From positions 50,873,474 to 50,937,473 of the forward strand of contig JARDVH010000106.1 in assembly GCA_030324005.1 (NCBI GenBank): a stretch of DNA of 64,000 nucleotides. The letters are read 5' to 3'. Under the pieces are notes generated by a model. It worked only from the letters and a program-made list of their open reading frames with translations. It was not told where the DNA came from and made no database searches. A program made the position numbers and the translations under genes. Below, in pieces: positions 26,031 to 38,939 of the stretch; the stretch's first letter is position 1, and each line of letters opens with the position of its first letter. Origin of the DNA: Negaprion brevirostris (Eukaryota).

Positions 26031-26387
26031 AAATGGTCTGACCATTTTTTGTGACAAGGAATCGTGTATACATTATAGCACAAAGTGCCTAAGTCACCGC
26101 ACATGAGGGGCTGGAAGATTATACCACTTTTTATGTGGCAAATTGCAAATGCTTCTAGGTCACCTCAAATGGGTGGAATTATTTGACTTCAAGTGGGTAG
26201 AAGCATTCATTTTCCCTTTGTTTACCTTCTTTTGCCATCAAGACTGTAGGCTTTGTATCAAATCATTAAGTGACCTCAGAATTTTAGCAATCAATATGGA
26301 TTGTGACGAAGACTATACTGACAACAGAAAATCACCTCACTGGATTATGAACAACTATCTTTCATTTAGTACTCCTAATTTTTTTTT

Positions 26388-26808
26388 ACTCATTCGTGGG
26401 ACATAGGTGTCCCTGGCTGGCCAGCATTTATTGTCCATCCTCAGTTGCCCTTGAAGGTGGTGGTGAGCTGCCTTCTTGGGCGATTAATACAACTGAGTGG
26501 ATTGCTACCCCATTTTAGAAGAAAGTTAAGAGTCAACCACATTGTTGTGGCTTTGGAATTGCACGCAGGCCAGACCAGGTAAGGATGGCCAATTTCCTTC
26601 CCTAATGGACATTAGTGAACTAGATGGGTTTTTCTGACAATCAACAACGGTTTCATGGTCATCAGTACATTCTTAATTTCAGATATTTTCTTATTTCATT
26701 CAAATTCCACCATCTGTCTTGGTGGGATTTGAACCCAGGTCCCCAGAACATTAACTATTTTTCTGGATTGATAGTCTAGCAATAACACCACTAAGCCATC
26801 GCCTCCCC
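26388..26808 (-). mobile_element. tRNA-derived SINE with a tail shared with the LINE at 54400-56175
   Basis: Minus head ggggaggcgatggcttagtgg...gacctgggttcaaatcccacc (A/B boxes); tail aagggcaactgaggatggacaataaatgctggccagcc...aaaaaaa. Confidence 0.8.
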
Positions 26809-27019
26809 TGTTTCTAAAACTTGGTGTGCTAAACAAAAATTAATTTTGCATCAGAAAACAGGTCATAGGGGTTGGTTATGTTCTGACCTGCAACTTTTAC
26901 ATTAAAAACCTACCTTGAATCTAGCTTACCCAAAATTCCTCTGACTAACTCTCACTAACTTTAACTCCTAATAACTCACTAACTTTTAAGAAGTCATTAA
27001 CTCTTAACTTCCCACATGC

Positions 27020-27240
27020 TGTTTCACTCTCCCACTTGATGTTTCCCTTTCCCAACCCTCTCGCTGGCCTCTTCCCTCTCCCGACCCTCCCACTTGCCAC
27101 TTCCCTCTCCTAACCGTCCTGCTGGCTGCTTCCATCTCCCAACTCTCCCACGACGAGCAGGAGAGGAAAGTTGCAAGTGGGAAGGAAGGGAAAGCAAAGC
27201 TGTGAGGGGGAGAGTTGGGGTGGGAAGTTGAAGCAGCAGT
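27020..27240. repeat. Degenerate pyrimidine-rich tandem repeat (about 29-nt unit) followed by a purine-rich inverted counterpart
   Basis: cttccctctcccgaccctcccacttgcca-like units, then gggaaggaagggaaagc..ggggagagttggggtgggaag. Confidence 0.5.
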
Positions 27241-27540
27241 TTGTTTTTAAAAAATGCCTGAACATGCTAAAAGCACACTAAACCAAAAACACACTTTTAC
27301 AATGCACCTTAAATGTAAAACAAAGGAGCAGTGAGAAAAGAAAGGCAGAGATCAGAAAAGCATTTCAAAGTGCAGAATTCTATAATCAAAAAGTCAAATT
27401 TCCATGAAAAGATGGAAATTTCTCACCCCAGAACTTGGAGTCATAAATTTATAATAGTTGCTAACTTGCTGATAAATCCAACAGACAATTCAGGAAGAAT
27501 GTCTTTAGCAGAAGTGTGTGAGGATTGCAGGACACGGGTT

Positions 27541-27720
27541 ATAGAACATAGAACAGTACAGGCCTTTCGGCCCTCGATGTTGTGCCGAGCTATGTCCGAA
27601 CCCAAGATCAAGCTATCCTACTCGCTATCATTCTGGTGTGTTCCATGTGCCTATCCAATAACTGCTTGCAAGTTCCTAAAATGTCTGACTCCACTGTCAC
27701 AGCAGGCAGTGCATTCCACA
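27541..27720 (-). mobile_element. CR1 3' end
   Basis: atagaacatagaacagtacaggcctttcggccctcg is the reverse of the CR1 (ttctatg)n tail and hairpin. Confidence 0.75.
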
Positions 27721-27889
27721 ATTAGGAAGGGTATCAATGGAGAGGGTACAACACCAGCTCACTAGGATGCTACCTGGAATTCAGAAATAAATGTACCAGC
27801 TAGTCTTGGGACTGTTTTTTTCAAACAACAGAACTATAAGCTTGGTGATAAATGACTAAAGCTCTGGGAACAAGGGTTTAAATAATTTA

Positions 27890-28150
27890 GTTGAAACCTA
27901 TTAATTAAAAAAAATCTGGAAGTGAAAGCTAGTATTACTAATGGTGAATATGAAACCATCACTGATTGTCGTAAAAATGCATCAGGTTCACTAATGTCCC
28001 TTTGGAGAAGGAAATCTGCCATCCTCACCTGGCCTGGCCAATGTGTGACTGCAGAGTCACAGTAAAATGATTGATCCTTAACTGCTCCTTGAAATGCAAG
28101 CCATTCAGTTCAAGAACAATTAAGGGTGGGATGTCCACATCCCAAGAATT
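27890..28150 (+). mobile_element. Partial copy of the 26388-26808 SINE family
   Basis: ggttcactaatgtccctttggagaaggaaatctgccatcctcacctggcctggcc matches the reverse of 26570-26620. Confidence 0.7.
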
Positions 28151-28339
28151 TTAAAAATGTGATTAGCAATGCTTTGACCTACATGATTGCAAGAAATGGA
28201 ACAGAATAGATAAAAACACATTGAGGGGTCAAAAGCACCAGAGTTAGAAATGAACTATAAGCGATTTAGGTCTTAGAGGGCATTTCCTCAGAGGATTGTG
28301 AGCTTATGTAGTGTGTGACTGTATTACTGATTAAAGCAG

Positions 28340-28930
28340 CAGTCAGTTTTAAATTCTGGCTCCATTGCACCAGGATGAGACGAAAAATGGCTCCTGGTCC
28401 GTACGGATCACCATGTCACTTGGCACAATAAGTGATCACGCAATTGGTGCATGTGAAACATATGTGTTCAGCTGCATGAAGGACCAGCCCCACTCCCCCA
28501 TCAGCAGCATTATTTGAAAGCATCGTCATGTCATTTGCAGGCGAATTGCTTTTGACAAACTGTTGGCTGCTTCAGGGTTTAGTGAAAGTATCGGGTTGTA
28601 GGAGGAGCTGTGAAAAGTTGGTTAGATCAGCAGGGAAAGGTGCTGAAAGTTATAGAGTTGTACATTTCTGAAAAGCCTCTGTGTACATCATTTGCTCCCA
28701 GTCATGGCAACTAGACGTAGTTCCTCTTGGGCTAGCGCATTACAGTGAGGTGGAACAGAAACCAGAGCAAAGATAAGCTGCTCACAGAAGCAGAAGGAAG
28801 AGAGCTCTCAGCAGGAGGCTGCACCAACATGGGATCTTCACGGAAGACTTTTTTAACCTGCATGTAAGCCAGAAGCAGTGTATTCAGAGACCACACAGAA
28901 TTGTGTCATCTCTCAAAACTGGAGCTCCAG
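28340..28930 (+). mobile_element. Possible decayed Harbinger-type DNA transposon remnant
   Basis: The segment gaagcagtgtattcagaga..cacagaattgtgtcatctc recalls the N-terminal region of Harbinger transposases; no open frame remains. Confidence 0.3.
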
Positions 28931-28931
28931 A

Positions 28932-29390
28932 CCAGTTCCCATACCCCTGCCAAGTTAGTTTTAACCCTCCCAAATAGCACTAGCAAATCACCCCACAACG
29001 AACTTAGTTCCGGCCCTATTTAGGTGCAACCTGCTTGATTTGTACAGGTCCCATCTCGCTCACATAGCTTAATGTACCTGGAATCTAAAGGCCTCCCTCC
29101 TGCATCATGTTTCCAGCATGCATTCAACTTCGTTATTCTCCTATTTCTATATTCACTTCCACACGATACTGGGAGTAACCTGAAGATTAATACTTTTGAA
29201 GTTCTGCTTGCTACATTCCTATCTAGCACCCTAAAAGTTAACTGACATGCTCTTTCTGCTTATGTAATTTGTACCAATGTGTACTATGACTGCTGGCTGG
29301 CAGTTCACCCTCCCTCATCAGGGCGCTCTGCAGCCACTCAGTGACATCAATGACCCTGGCATCAAACACGCAACACACCAACCTGGATTA
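28932..29390 (-). mobile_element. CR1 ORF1 (SGNH esterase-like) remnant
   Basis: Minus strand agatgggacctgtacaaatcaagcaggttgcacctaaatagggccggaact resembles the WDLYxxDGLHLNxxG motif, with frameshifts. Confidence 0.6.
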
Positions 29391-31895
29391 TAGGGTTTTA
29401 GAATGTAATTTGCTCAAATATTTGAAGAAAAAGGCACTGAAACATAATTTCCATATTTTGAAGATTGCTTTGAGTTTTGGTGTGATAATTGCACTTCACC
29501 TCAAGATTTTTGAGGAAATTGCTAACTGCCCCTAGGGAGGGAGATGCTACATATAAACGACTGAAGAATTCATTCGCATTCTCTTACATCTACTCTGACT
29601 GCGGCCTGCTGCCATGCCATCATGAGAGTGAATCCCCACTATTTCACAAAGGAGATCATGAGTGGATTGATTGCATTGAGTGCAGGTCACATGTGCTTTC
29701 CTACATGTTTCGCACTTAATAGCGATACTTTCACTGGGATGCCATCTTGCAAAAGTGGCATGCTACTGCATCCTGACCCAATTTATAAAGCTATATGCTC
29801 TTCTGTCATTTTTCTGGGTGAGACAAAATTTCCTTCAATTTATCAATGGTATGACCCAAACTACTGCCTTTGGCTTCTGCCACATTTACTAGGCACTGAT
29901 TCCAGTCCCCTCAATGGCTTCGTCTGAGGTCGAATCATATTGTTCACATTCTTAGTGTCTGAATTGACCCCGAGCTGTGCTCCTTAATCCATGTTTTCTC
30001 GATGTCTTACCTTTATATAAATACCTAAATTGTTGTTTCTAAGGGAGTAAAAAAAATTGCTAAAGAGATATTGAAAATGGTACACACCGTTACACTGGGA
30101 CTTCGCCATTACATGATGTAATTTTAAAAGCTATAACAGAATAGAGGGCCAAGGAAGTATTCACAATAAGGAAGGAGGCAGATCTGAGTTTCTGTGCATT
30201 GCAGCCCAATTAAATCACTATCACCACCACTCCCTGAATCATATCAGCCTCTATTTATAAGATAAAGTCATTTTAAACTCAAGTACACAACGTACAGTCA
30301 ATCACAAGTCAGGGGAGGTTCAATTCATCAAAAAAAGCATGCTCATATCAGGAACTCGTGTCAGAAAGTCACCTTTCCACAATTACTAATCGATCCCAGA
30401 GCCAACACACAGGGACAAATTGCTTCTAAACCACATGCTTTTAAATGGAACAAGCTATAAAGCATGGCAGGGTAACTTTCTAAAAACTACAAGCAAAATC
30501 TATTAGACAATAAGCAGTTAGATATCTCACTCTGATGACCTTAGTTTACTTCCGATCACAGTCTTTGCACTGTAATAAAAAAAAACACTTGCTTAGAAGC
30601 AGAATGGTATGCTGTTATTAGGAAATACGTTCCACTGAAAAATATAAAGAAAATGTATGGGCCCAATTAGTTCTTAATGTGAGCAGCCTAAATTCCCAGG
30701 CCCTCTCTGTTGGTTATCTTTTAAACATTTGTACTTCCATAATTTATAAAGCGATCAGAATGGATATGCCCTATTTTTGCTATCTTACTGGTACTCCAGA
30801 TAAAGCATCAGTACACTTTCACTTAGTGTGTTTTGTTAAATAGAAATAAAATGTGTCCTACGAGGTGAATTCAGCGTAATAGGCGTAAGCTTTATATGTT
30901 TAACTTGAAGGTGTTTCATGAATCTTTCTTCCTTGCAGAAAGACCGAGTGCCATTGAGCTTCCTGTACACTAGCCTCATGAATTTGGCGAGTTTAATTTG
31001 AGATTGCCCGGTTGCTATGTGGGACCGAAACATGGGCTTCTGTAGCACTTGTCTGAGCAAATAGAAATGCAGCTTCAAACACAACGTATTTTGCTATTCA
31101 ATCTTCAGAGCTGTTATAACAATGACCCATACGAAAACGCAATTTAGTGATAGTTGAAGACTCTTTGTACGCAGTGTGGAAAGAGGAGTAAAGAAAAATT
31201 ACATTGATACCAGTCATATTTAGGCCTGACATGATACACTGGGGAAACTGAACAAGATGGAAAATCTGACCGAACAGTAAGTTGCAATGAATGCATGTGT
31301 GGGCCCCTGGCAGTTTAGATGCACTGGGTGTGTGTGTATGCATATCTTGATAGCCTGAAGCTTGTTTGGAATGGAAAGCGTCCCTGGCTTAGCTAATATG
31401 GTGCCAGAACTCCAATTTCAGAAGTTGGCATTGAGGGTGTAAGGGCAAAGGGTGAGAGGGCTTGTGTTGGGTCATGATAAAAGGGCCACAAGGTAGGTAG
31501 AGGGGCATAGGCTGGAATGCAGCATATGAGGGGCAATGGGGTAGCATGACTTGGCATGGATGGAGCATGCTAATTATGTCAGGTGGTGTGAAGGGACATG
31601 AGGGATGAGGCATGGAGGGTTTTTTTTGTTGATTTTCCTTACAAGTCCTGGAGCACCGAGGTGGGCCATTCATAGTCGGCATCTGTACTCAGCAGTCCCT
31701 ATGGTTGCCTCCAAACTCTCTCCGGCTTGGCTCCAGGAAGCTTGACTCTCACTAACACTTACCCCCTCTCCCACCCCCGCCGCGACTGGAACCCANNNNN
31801 NNNNNNNNNNNNNNNNNNNNNNNNNNNNNNNNNNNNNNNNNNNNNNNNNNNNNNNNNNNNNNNNNNNNNNNNNNNNNNNNNNNNNNNNNNNNNNN

Positions 31896-32655
31896 TGCTT
31901 AGATGCGGTGTGCGCCTGTGTCTCTAGCTGCTTAGATGCAATGTGCGCCTGTGTCTCTAGCTGCTTAGATGCAGTGTGCGCCTGAGTCTCCAGCTGCTTA
32001 GATGCAGTGTGCGCCTGAGTCTCGAGCTGCTTAGATACAGCGTGCGCCTGAGTCTCGAGCTGCTTAGATGCAGCGTGCGCCTGAGTCTCCAGCTGCTTAG
32101 ATGCGGTGTGCGCCTGTGTCTCTAGCTGTTTAGATGCAGTGTGCATCTGCGTCTCTAGCTGTTTAGATGCAGTGTATGCCTGCGTCTCTAGCTGTTTAGA
32201 TACTGTGTATGTTTGGGTCTTTAGTTGTTTAGATGCCATGTGTATCCGGGTCTCTGGTTTAATATGTGCAGTGTGTGTCTGGTTGTCCAGATGCAGTACT
32301 TTGACTGAATTTAGCTGCTGGATGCAGTGTGTGTCTGAGTCACTGGTTAATTAGATGCAATGTGTTGTGTCTAGTTATCTGGTTGTCTAAATTCAGTCAC
32401 AAATACTGCATCTGGACAACCAGACACGCACTGCACATATTAAATCTGAGACCAGGCACACGGCATCTAAACAGGCATGTGTGTGCCTGGTTCTCTCACT
32501 GTTCAGATGCAGTGTGTATTTCTGGTTCTCTGGCTGTCGAGATGCAGTGTGTATTTCTGGTTCTCTGGCTGTCGAGATGCAGTGTGTATTTCTGGTTCTC
32601 TGGCTGTCTAGATGCAGTGTTGTGATAGAATCTCTGACTGTCTAGATACAGTGCA
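31896..32655. repeat. Minisatellite: about ten 33-nt units, then an inverted segment, then about three 35-nt variant units
   Basis: Unit gctgcttagatgcagtgtgcgcctg(a/t)gtctc(t/c/g)a at 31896-32240; unit agatgcagtgtgtatttctggttctctggctgtcg at 32506-32620. Confidence 0.9.
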
Positions 32656-33884
32656 TCACTACTAATTATTTTGCTTTTTCCTTGCAGTCATTTTGTTCAG
32701 AATCAGGGAGTCCTGCGTCTGCAACCTTATCCCAGCAGCAACCTGTACACATGGGCAACTGAGTCTACAGGTTTGGCCCTGGGACAAGGAATATTGTTTT
32801 ACCTCATAAAGGTGGGAAGGTTGATAATGATTACGTTGCCTAGAATCAGAAGTAAAACAGTGTAATTGTACAGCTAATTTCCATTCAAAGCAATGTCTAA
32901 TGTAGTGCAATGGTTTTGTTACAAGAAGTTAAAAAATTAATAGCCATTTTATCTGCTTTAAGAGTCATCTACTCTGAATATGAATTAGTTGGATCCATGT
33001 AAAAATGTTTTTTTTTTTACAGTCTACATAGTTACTGGCTGGGGGAAAATCAGTGAAAGGGCTGTTTCCTCATTCTCTTGAGCTTTCCGCTTAGGTTTTG
33101 GTCTCCAGGCCTCCTATCCCGCACCATGGAACATGTTGTCGGCTAAGGTTTTGGTCTGTGACCCCAGAGGATAATTAGTGCAGGCAACCTGGCAATTTTA
33201 AGGGATGAACCAAGATGAGTGAATATACAGTCATCGATCTTGCAAAAATATGCCTACTATTTCTTGGGGATATATTTTGTATCTTTATTATAAAGTAATC
33301 AGGAAAAAAACAAGTTCTGTTTGGCTCTTCACGTGACTGAAAATGTAAAATATTTATTTACCTTGTGGTTTTTTTTTAATTTCAAGTTTATGTTTGTACT
33401 GTGGTCGAAAATCTTGGGTTGGGATTCTCCGACATTACACATATTAAAATGGGAAAACTTGCTTCTGTGTTTAAGATTTAAGCAGTGGATTCCAGAAACA
33501 TACTAGTTAAAATGGGGAATTCCCGCATAAAGTGAATTTATTTCCTTTGTCAATTCATAAGGACACAATTTATGGAAATTGACATTTGGAAGATCTTACA
33601 TTCAGTTTCTATAGCTGCCTCTATGTTTCCCCAATGCCTGTGCCAGTCAGGGTTCAATACAGCCAGCATTAGGAAGATCTAGTATGAATGCATCTTTTAG
33701 TCTTTAATCAATTGGTTCAATGCCTGTAAGTTAGGAACCTGTATCACTGGCACAGGACTTAGCGGAAGATAGAAGCAATTTTTCAACACATCTATAATGC
33801 TATCCCTATTTCTGGTTTTTATGCTAAACAAGAATCCTTTACACCTTTTTGATGAGTATGAATAGTTTTAAAAGTAGTACATAC

Positions 33885-33945
33885 TTGATATAGTAGGGCA
33901 CTTTATTGGGAGATATTGCCCGCTCCCAAGGATCCTGGACAGAAG
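33885..33945 (-). CDS. DMD: Dystrophin exon equivalent to human exon 62, WW domain N-half (TSVQDPWERAISPNKVPYYIN)
   Basis: cttcttgtttccag|CTTCTGTCCAGGAT...TACTATATCAA|gtatgt; 61 nt, phase 1 to 2, in frame with the flanking exons. Confidence 0.98.
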
Positions 33946-34403
33946 CTGGAAACAAGAAGCCAAAGGAAAAAAGGTCAAGCCCAGAGTAAATAAAAAGACG
34001 ACGTTAATCATTAAAATAACTATTTTTATACTCAGCTCAGCAGATCTCCATCTGTTTGCTCAGCTGCCCATGAAGAAGGGAAGGATCAACTTAGCGGACT
34101 GAGAAATTTTTCCATAATCTGTTTGAAATTGAACCCTTTCACCACAAAAATAATGGTGGAGCACATAGGTCACAAACCTAAAAGGGTCAATAATTACAGT
34201 ATACGTTGCTTTTAATGCCATCATCCCATTTCATAGCAAAAAACAAACAGTACAAACATATTTAATAAATCACCAGTGAGATTGTCTAGTAATGTTGCAT
34301 TACCCACTGCTATTATTATAACTATAATATCAAAATGATTCAAAAGAACTAAAAAGAAACTTCTGTAAAATATTGTGGAAAAACCATTGAAGAACCAACT
34401 ACA

Positions 34404-35130
34404 GGGCAGAATTCTCCAAATTTGAGACTAAGTGCCGTGGCTGGAATGAGAACAAGGAATGTTTCGCATTGAGATGGCCAGCTGGAAAACACACCAAATT
34501 ATCCGGCTGTGACTTAATTAGTTATGCATCCGAGTGCTTTGTGCTATTTTCTGTGGTGGGGCAGTCCTGGGCAACATGTAGCTAACTGTTATCTCCAGGT
34601 GCCATATTGGTAAGGTGTTCAATATCACTGACCCACTATTGAAGAAAGAAAATGGATCTCCTGAAAATGAAGACAGATTTCCTGAGAACAAAGATGGATT
34701 TTCTAGAACATACTGATGCTGAAAGATAGCCCCACTTCAGGACACTAAATCTGGAAGCTCCCCTGACTCACTGCTGTGGTGTCCCAGTGACCAGAGTTGC
34801 AGGTGGCCTCTACCCTGAACTTCAGAGGCAGGCCCAGGCATTGTTCAGATGAGTCCCAACATCTACGTGCCNNNNNNNNNNNNNNNNNNNNNNNNNNNNN
34901 NNNNNNNNNNNNNNNNNNNNNNNNNNNNNNNNNNNNNNNNNNNNNNNNNNNNNNNNNNNNNNNNNNNNNNNNNNNNCATTCGTGCCATCCTCTGGTGAGT
35001 TTTCCAACCCGCCATGGCCAGCACCAGCAGAAGTTCCCACTGTAAATTCATGCTGGCATGAAACTACTTCCTGGTTCTCCCAGCATGGCCAACATCAACC
35101 ATGCCAGCAGGACCTTGCGAGAATTCCACA
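34404..35130. mobile_element. Non-autonomous DNA transposon with gggcagaattctcc / gagaattccac termini
   Basis: Imperfect terminal inverted repeats; the element spans a gap. Confidence 0.5.
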
Positions 35131-35271
35131 CGCAGCGTGATGCTCTTGTTTAATTGTGTCCTTATTCTGACTGGAAGTGCAGTGAGGTTAGTGAATAAAC
35201 ATTCAAGTGTTATATCAAGATCTTTGGGGATTATCATTTGAATGTCCCTACTCTGCAGTTAATTGTCAACT

Positions 35272-35590
35272 ATGGCTCAGTGGTAGTACACTCATCTCTG
35301 AGCCAGGACATGTGGGCTTGAGTTCCACTCGAGACTTGAGTGCTGAGGAGTGTTGACATGTCGGAGGTGCAAAGTTTCAAATAAAATCTTTAACTGAGGC
35401 CATGTCTGGCTTCTCAGGTAAAAGTACCCCCATTTCAAATAGTTCCTGGTAATTATGGTCTAAAACTGATTAATTGGTTAACATTACATTGCTATTTGTA
35501 GGTTTATGCTGCATGCCCCAAATTACAACAGTGTCTTCAAAACTGCTGTAAATCTCTTCGGGATACCCTGAGATTGTGAAGAGTACAAGT
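35272..35590 (+). mobile_element. Degenerate Deu-domain SINE
   Basis: Head tggctcagtggtagtacactcatctctgagccagga..gggcttgagttccact; tail ctgtaaatctcttcgggataccctgagattgtgaa. Confidence 0.65.
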
Positions 35591-35779
35591 GTGAACCCAA
35601 TCACTTTCTGTATAAAAGTATCATTTGGTCCAGTGTGTGCAGGTCACCAAGATCCCATTTCAAACACTAACTTCATCAGAACAGCAGTGATGAATTTGGG
35701 TTTGTGAAGTTTTAGTACTGCTCAAAATAAACTAGCAAAATTTATTTTAGTTTGTCACAAGGAAAATATTTTGTTAATG

Positions 35780-36082
35780 TGACACTGTGGCACAGTGGTT
35801 GGCACTGCTACCTCACAGCTCCAGAGACCTGGGTTCGATTCCCAGCTTTGGTCTCTGTCTGTGTGGAGTTTGCATGTTCTCCCTGTGTTTGTGTGGGTTT
35901 CCTCTGGGTGCTCCAGTTTCTTCCCACAGTCCAAAGATGTGCTGGTTAGGTGGATTAGCCATGCTAAAAATTCTCCCTCAGTGTACCCCAACAGGCACCT
36001 GAGTGTGGCGACTTGGGAATTTTCACAGTAACTTCATTGCAGTGTGAATGTGAGTGTATTTTTGACTAATAAATAAACTTTA
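35780..36082 (+). mobile_element. HE1-related SINE with an alternative tail
   Basis: gtggcacagtggttggcactgctacctcacagctccagagacctgggttcgattcc; V-domain; tail actaataaataaacttt. Confidence 0.85.
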
Positions 36083-36090
36083 AAACAAAT

Positions 36091-36433
36091 TGGGGTGGCA
36101 CGGTGCAGAATGGTTAGCACTGCTGCCTCACAGCTCCAGGGATCAGGGTTCAATTCCTGGCTTTGGTGACTTTGCAGGTTCTGCACAGACATTCTCCTCG
36201 TGTCTGCGTGGGTTTCCCGGGTGCTCCAGTTTCCTCCCACAGCCCAAAGGTGTGCAGGTTAGGTGCATTGGCCATGCCTAAATTACCCCTTAGTGTCCTG
36301 GGATGCATGGGTTAGAAGGATTAGTGGGCTAAATATGTGGAGTTACAGTGATATGGCCTAGGTGGGACTGTTGTTGGTGCAGACTTGATGGGCTGAATGG
36401 CTTCCTTTTGCATTGTAGGGTTTCTATGATTCT
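36091..36433 (+). mobile_element. HE1 SINE with CR1-type tail
   Basis: ggtggcacggtgcagaatggttagcactgctgcctcacagctccaggga...gatgggctgaatggcttcc..ttctatgattcta. Confidence 0.88.
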
Positions 36434-37549
36434 AGAATTTCTTGCTCCACATTTACTTGGAGTTAATAGGGGACAGTGCCAAGTAGAAGTTTAAAAAGGA
36501 TAGACTGACAACGAGTGATGGGAATTGTGCCTATCCTCCCAAAATTAGCACTGAAATTATTGAGTACCTAACAAAGTTGATAAAAGTATACTCCGCAATG
36601 TGAATCTTATTATTTCTACTGTAAACAGATGAAAAAGTAATTTTGAATAAAATTGTACTATTCCAACAAGAAAGGGGGCCACATGAATATTAGTAAATTA
36701 TATAACGGCACCAACAAGGTGACTAAAACCTGCAGCAATGTTCATGAAATTGCTAGAGCTACCTTTACAGGAAGGAAAGGGGTCCAGTTAATGATCTATT
36801 GGCATCATTACAGCGCACCATGAATGTTCACAAACTTGCTTCCCGTCTTGTTTACTGATGATAAATAATGCAGTGTTAATGAAGTCCCTGTACGTACATG
36901 ATTTTAATTTTTAAAAGGAAAACTGTACGGTCAGTCTATAAGAACATTTATAAACTTTATTTTAAAAACTCCAATCAGAAAATCTACCGAATAGCAGCAG
37001 AAGCAAACTGCTTTGTAGTATCATACAATCCTACAGATGGAGAATCTCTCCATTATACAGCAGGACTGACAGCTCATGCTCTTCAAAGGCATTGTTCTCA
37101 AATAGTTCAGAAAGATATCTACAGCCTAGTGAGTCGAAACCTTCCTGCTGGTCTGTACAATCATATGATGTTTAGCTTACTGATAACCAGGAAACAGTTC
37201 ACGTGAAAAGACATGAAAAACTTGGATTTGAATTGTGCCTTTCGCAACCTCAGGATTTCCCAAAGTGCTTTGCAGACAATTAAGTATAACGATGCTATTA
37301 TAGTTATAATTTATTCTGATATAATGCATGGTGTATTTAAAGAATTTTAACACCCCCAGTGGTCCAAACACTGCTTCAATACATTGTCCTTCATACTAGC
37401 AATGCCATCACTGGCTGCTTCAGAACTAAATGTATTATAAGCTGCCTTGAGATCTCTAATCAGAAAGCACTCTGTGCTGACTGGTGACAATGATTAACAT
37501 ACAATAAGTGGACATTTATCCACAATCTCTTCTATTGTATACATACAAA

Positions 37550-37797
37550 AATCTGAAAACACTTGCCAACAGATTCAAGAACAGCTTTTTCCCTACTGTC
37601 ATCATACTTTTGAATGGTCCTATCATATATTAAGCTGATCTTTCTTTTCAGCCTATCTGTAACTGCAACACTATATTCTGCACCTTTCCTTTATGTACTT
37701 TATGAACAGTATATTTTTGCCCTTATAGCACACAAGAAACAATATTTTTCACTGTATCCCAGTAATAAGTGACAATAATAAGTCAAATCAAATCAAA
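37550..37797 (+). mobile_element. Rex1/Babar-type LINE 3' end
   Basis: agattcaagaacagctttttccc...gtgacaataataagtcaaatcaaatcaaa; same family as 52810 and 60800. Confidence 0.7.
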
Positions 37798-38939
37798 TTT
37801 TTATTCAAACCTTTCATGAGGAATCATTACAGTGGAACATATTTGAGGAACAAATCATTTTTTGAAGGATAAATGTTTAAGTCCTGAACAGAATCCCCAC
37901 CACTCCCTCCAACACCACCTTTGTCCTCCTCTCTTAATGATAACTTAGCTTTGGGAAATGGGGTGGAGGTCAGGGGTGTTAAAATCCTTACAGTGGCCTT
38001 CTCATCTGATCTTCATACCATGTACTATATTAGCAGCTGTGTTTTGGCCAACCAGCGAGGCCCAAGCACCAGGTAGATTAGGCCCTCATAGAAATTCACA
38101 GCACTAAACACACAATCTAGCCTGAAGTTTTTGTGTGGTCCAAAATGGGTGGGTGCTTCTGATATTTACTGGAAATGGTAAGAAAAAGAATCAGACATAG
38201 ATGTCATGCAATGATCTTTGTCTGATTCACTTCCGATGCCCACTCCATAACTACTCAAAATTTCGGTGATTAACAATGTTCCCTCTAAGCTGTTTGGCCA
38301 TGCAGCAATCTGATTGTTCCCGCAAAGGCCAAATGCACAAATTGGTCCCTTTAAATGATCTGCATGACTGTGTTAAAAAAAAATGAAGAGCTTTGTACTT
38401 AAAACAAATTACTCATGCATTACAAAAGTAAAACAGAGCTGACATTGGTGGTAAGCTCAGGAAAATCTGGGCTATGGTGTAAAAGTAGAGAGAAAAATAA
38501 ATCATGATTTTGAATCACGATCCCAACTACTGTTTGGTCCCACCTTGCCTCCTGTCAGACTTGTGGATTGCCAAAAGGTAGGAGTCCTAAACACATACCT
38601 GAGACAATAAGTTTAACTATCATGCTCCATATTACTCAGATTAACAAATGTTGTTTGGTTTATCGTGGTTTTGAGTTTCATGTAAAAAGACTTAATTCAA
38701 ATGACTTATGTTCTAATAAATTGAAGCAAGAGTTCAAAGAAAATAAAAACTTTCCTTCGGTATAGTGATTGGAAAATAAACCATGTTAAATTGCCCTGAA
38801 TGCCTTTAGACACCAAGTTATAACATATTTGAATACACTTGTAAATAGAAAAAAAATTAATGGATTGTTTTATACATAAAAAGAACTTTCAGAATGTCAT
38901 TGTAGAATCTCTCTAGAATAATATGAATCCATTACTTAC

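Noticed and set aside
30250-30259. MEF2-like CTATTTATAA site (also CTATTTATAG near 56247)
   Set aside because: Such AT-rich 10-mers are expected by chance in 64 kb, and the second lies in repeat-like sequence. There is no supporting motif cluster.
31670-32239. 189-aa ORF with an 11-residue repeat (TASKQLETQAH); the array also superficially resembles a CRISPR array
   Set aside because: It is a by-product of a 33-nt minisatellite (a multiple of 3) and spans a gap. The units are contiguous with no unique spacers, there are no cas genes, and the context is a vertebrate intron.
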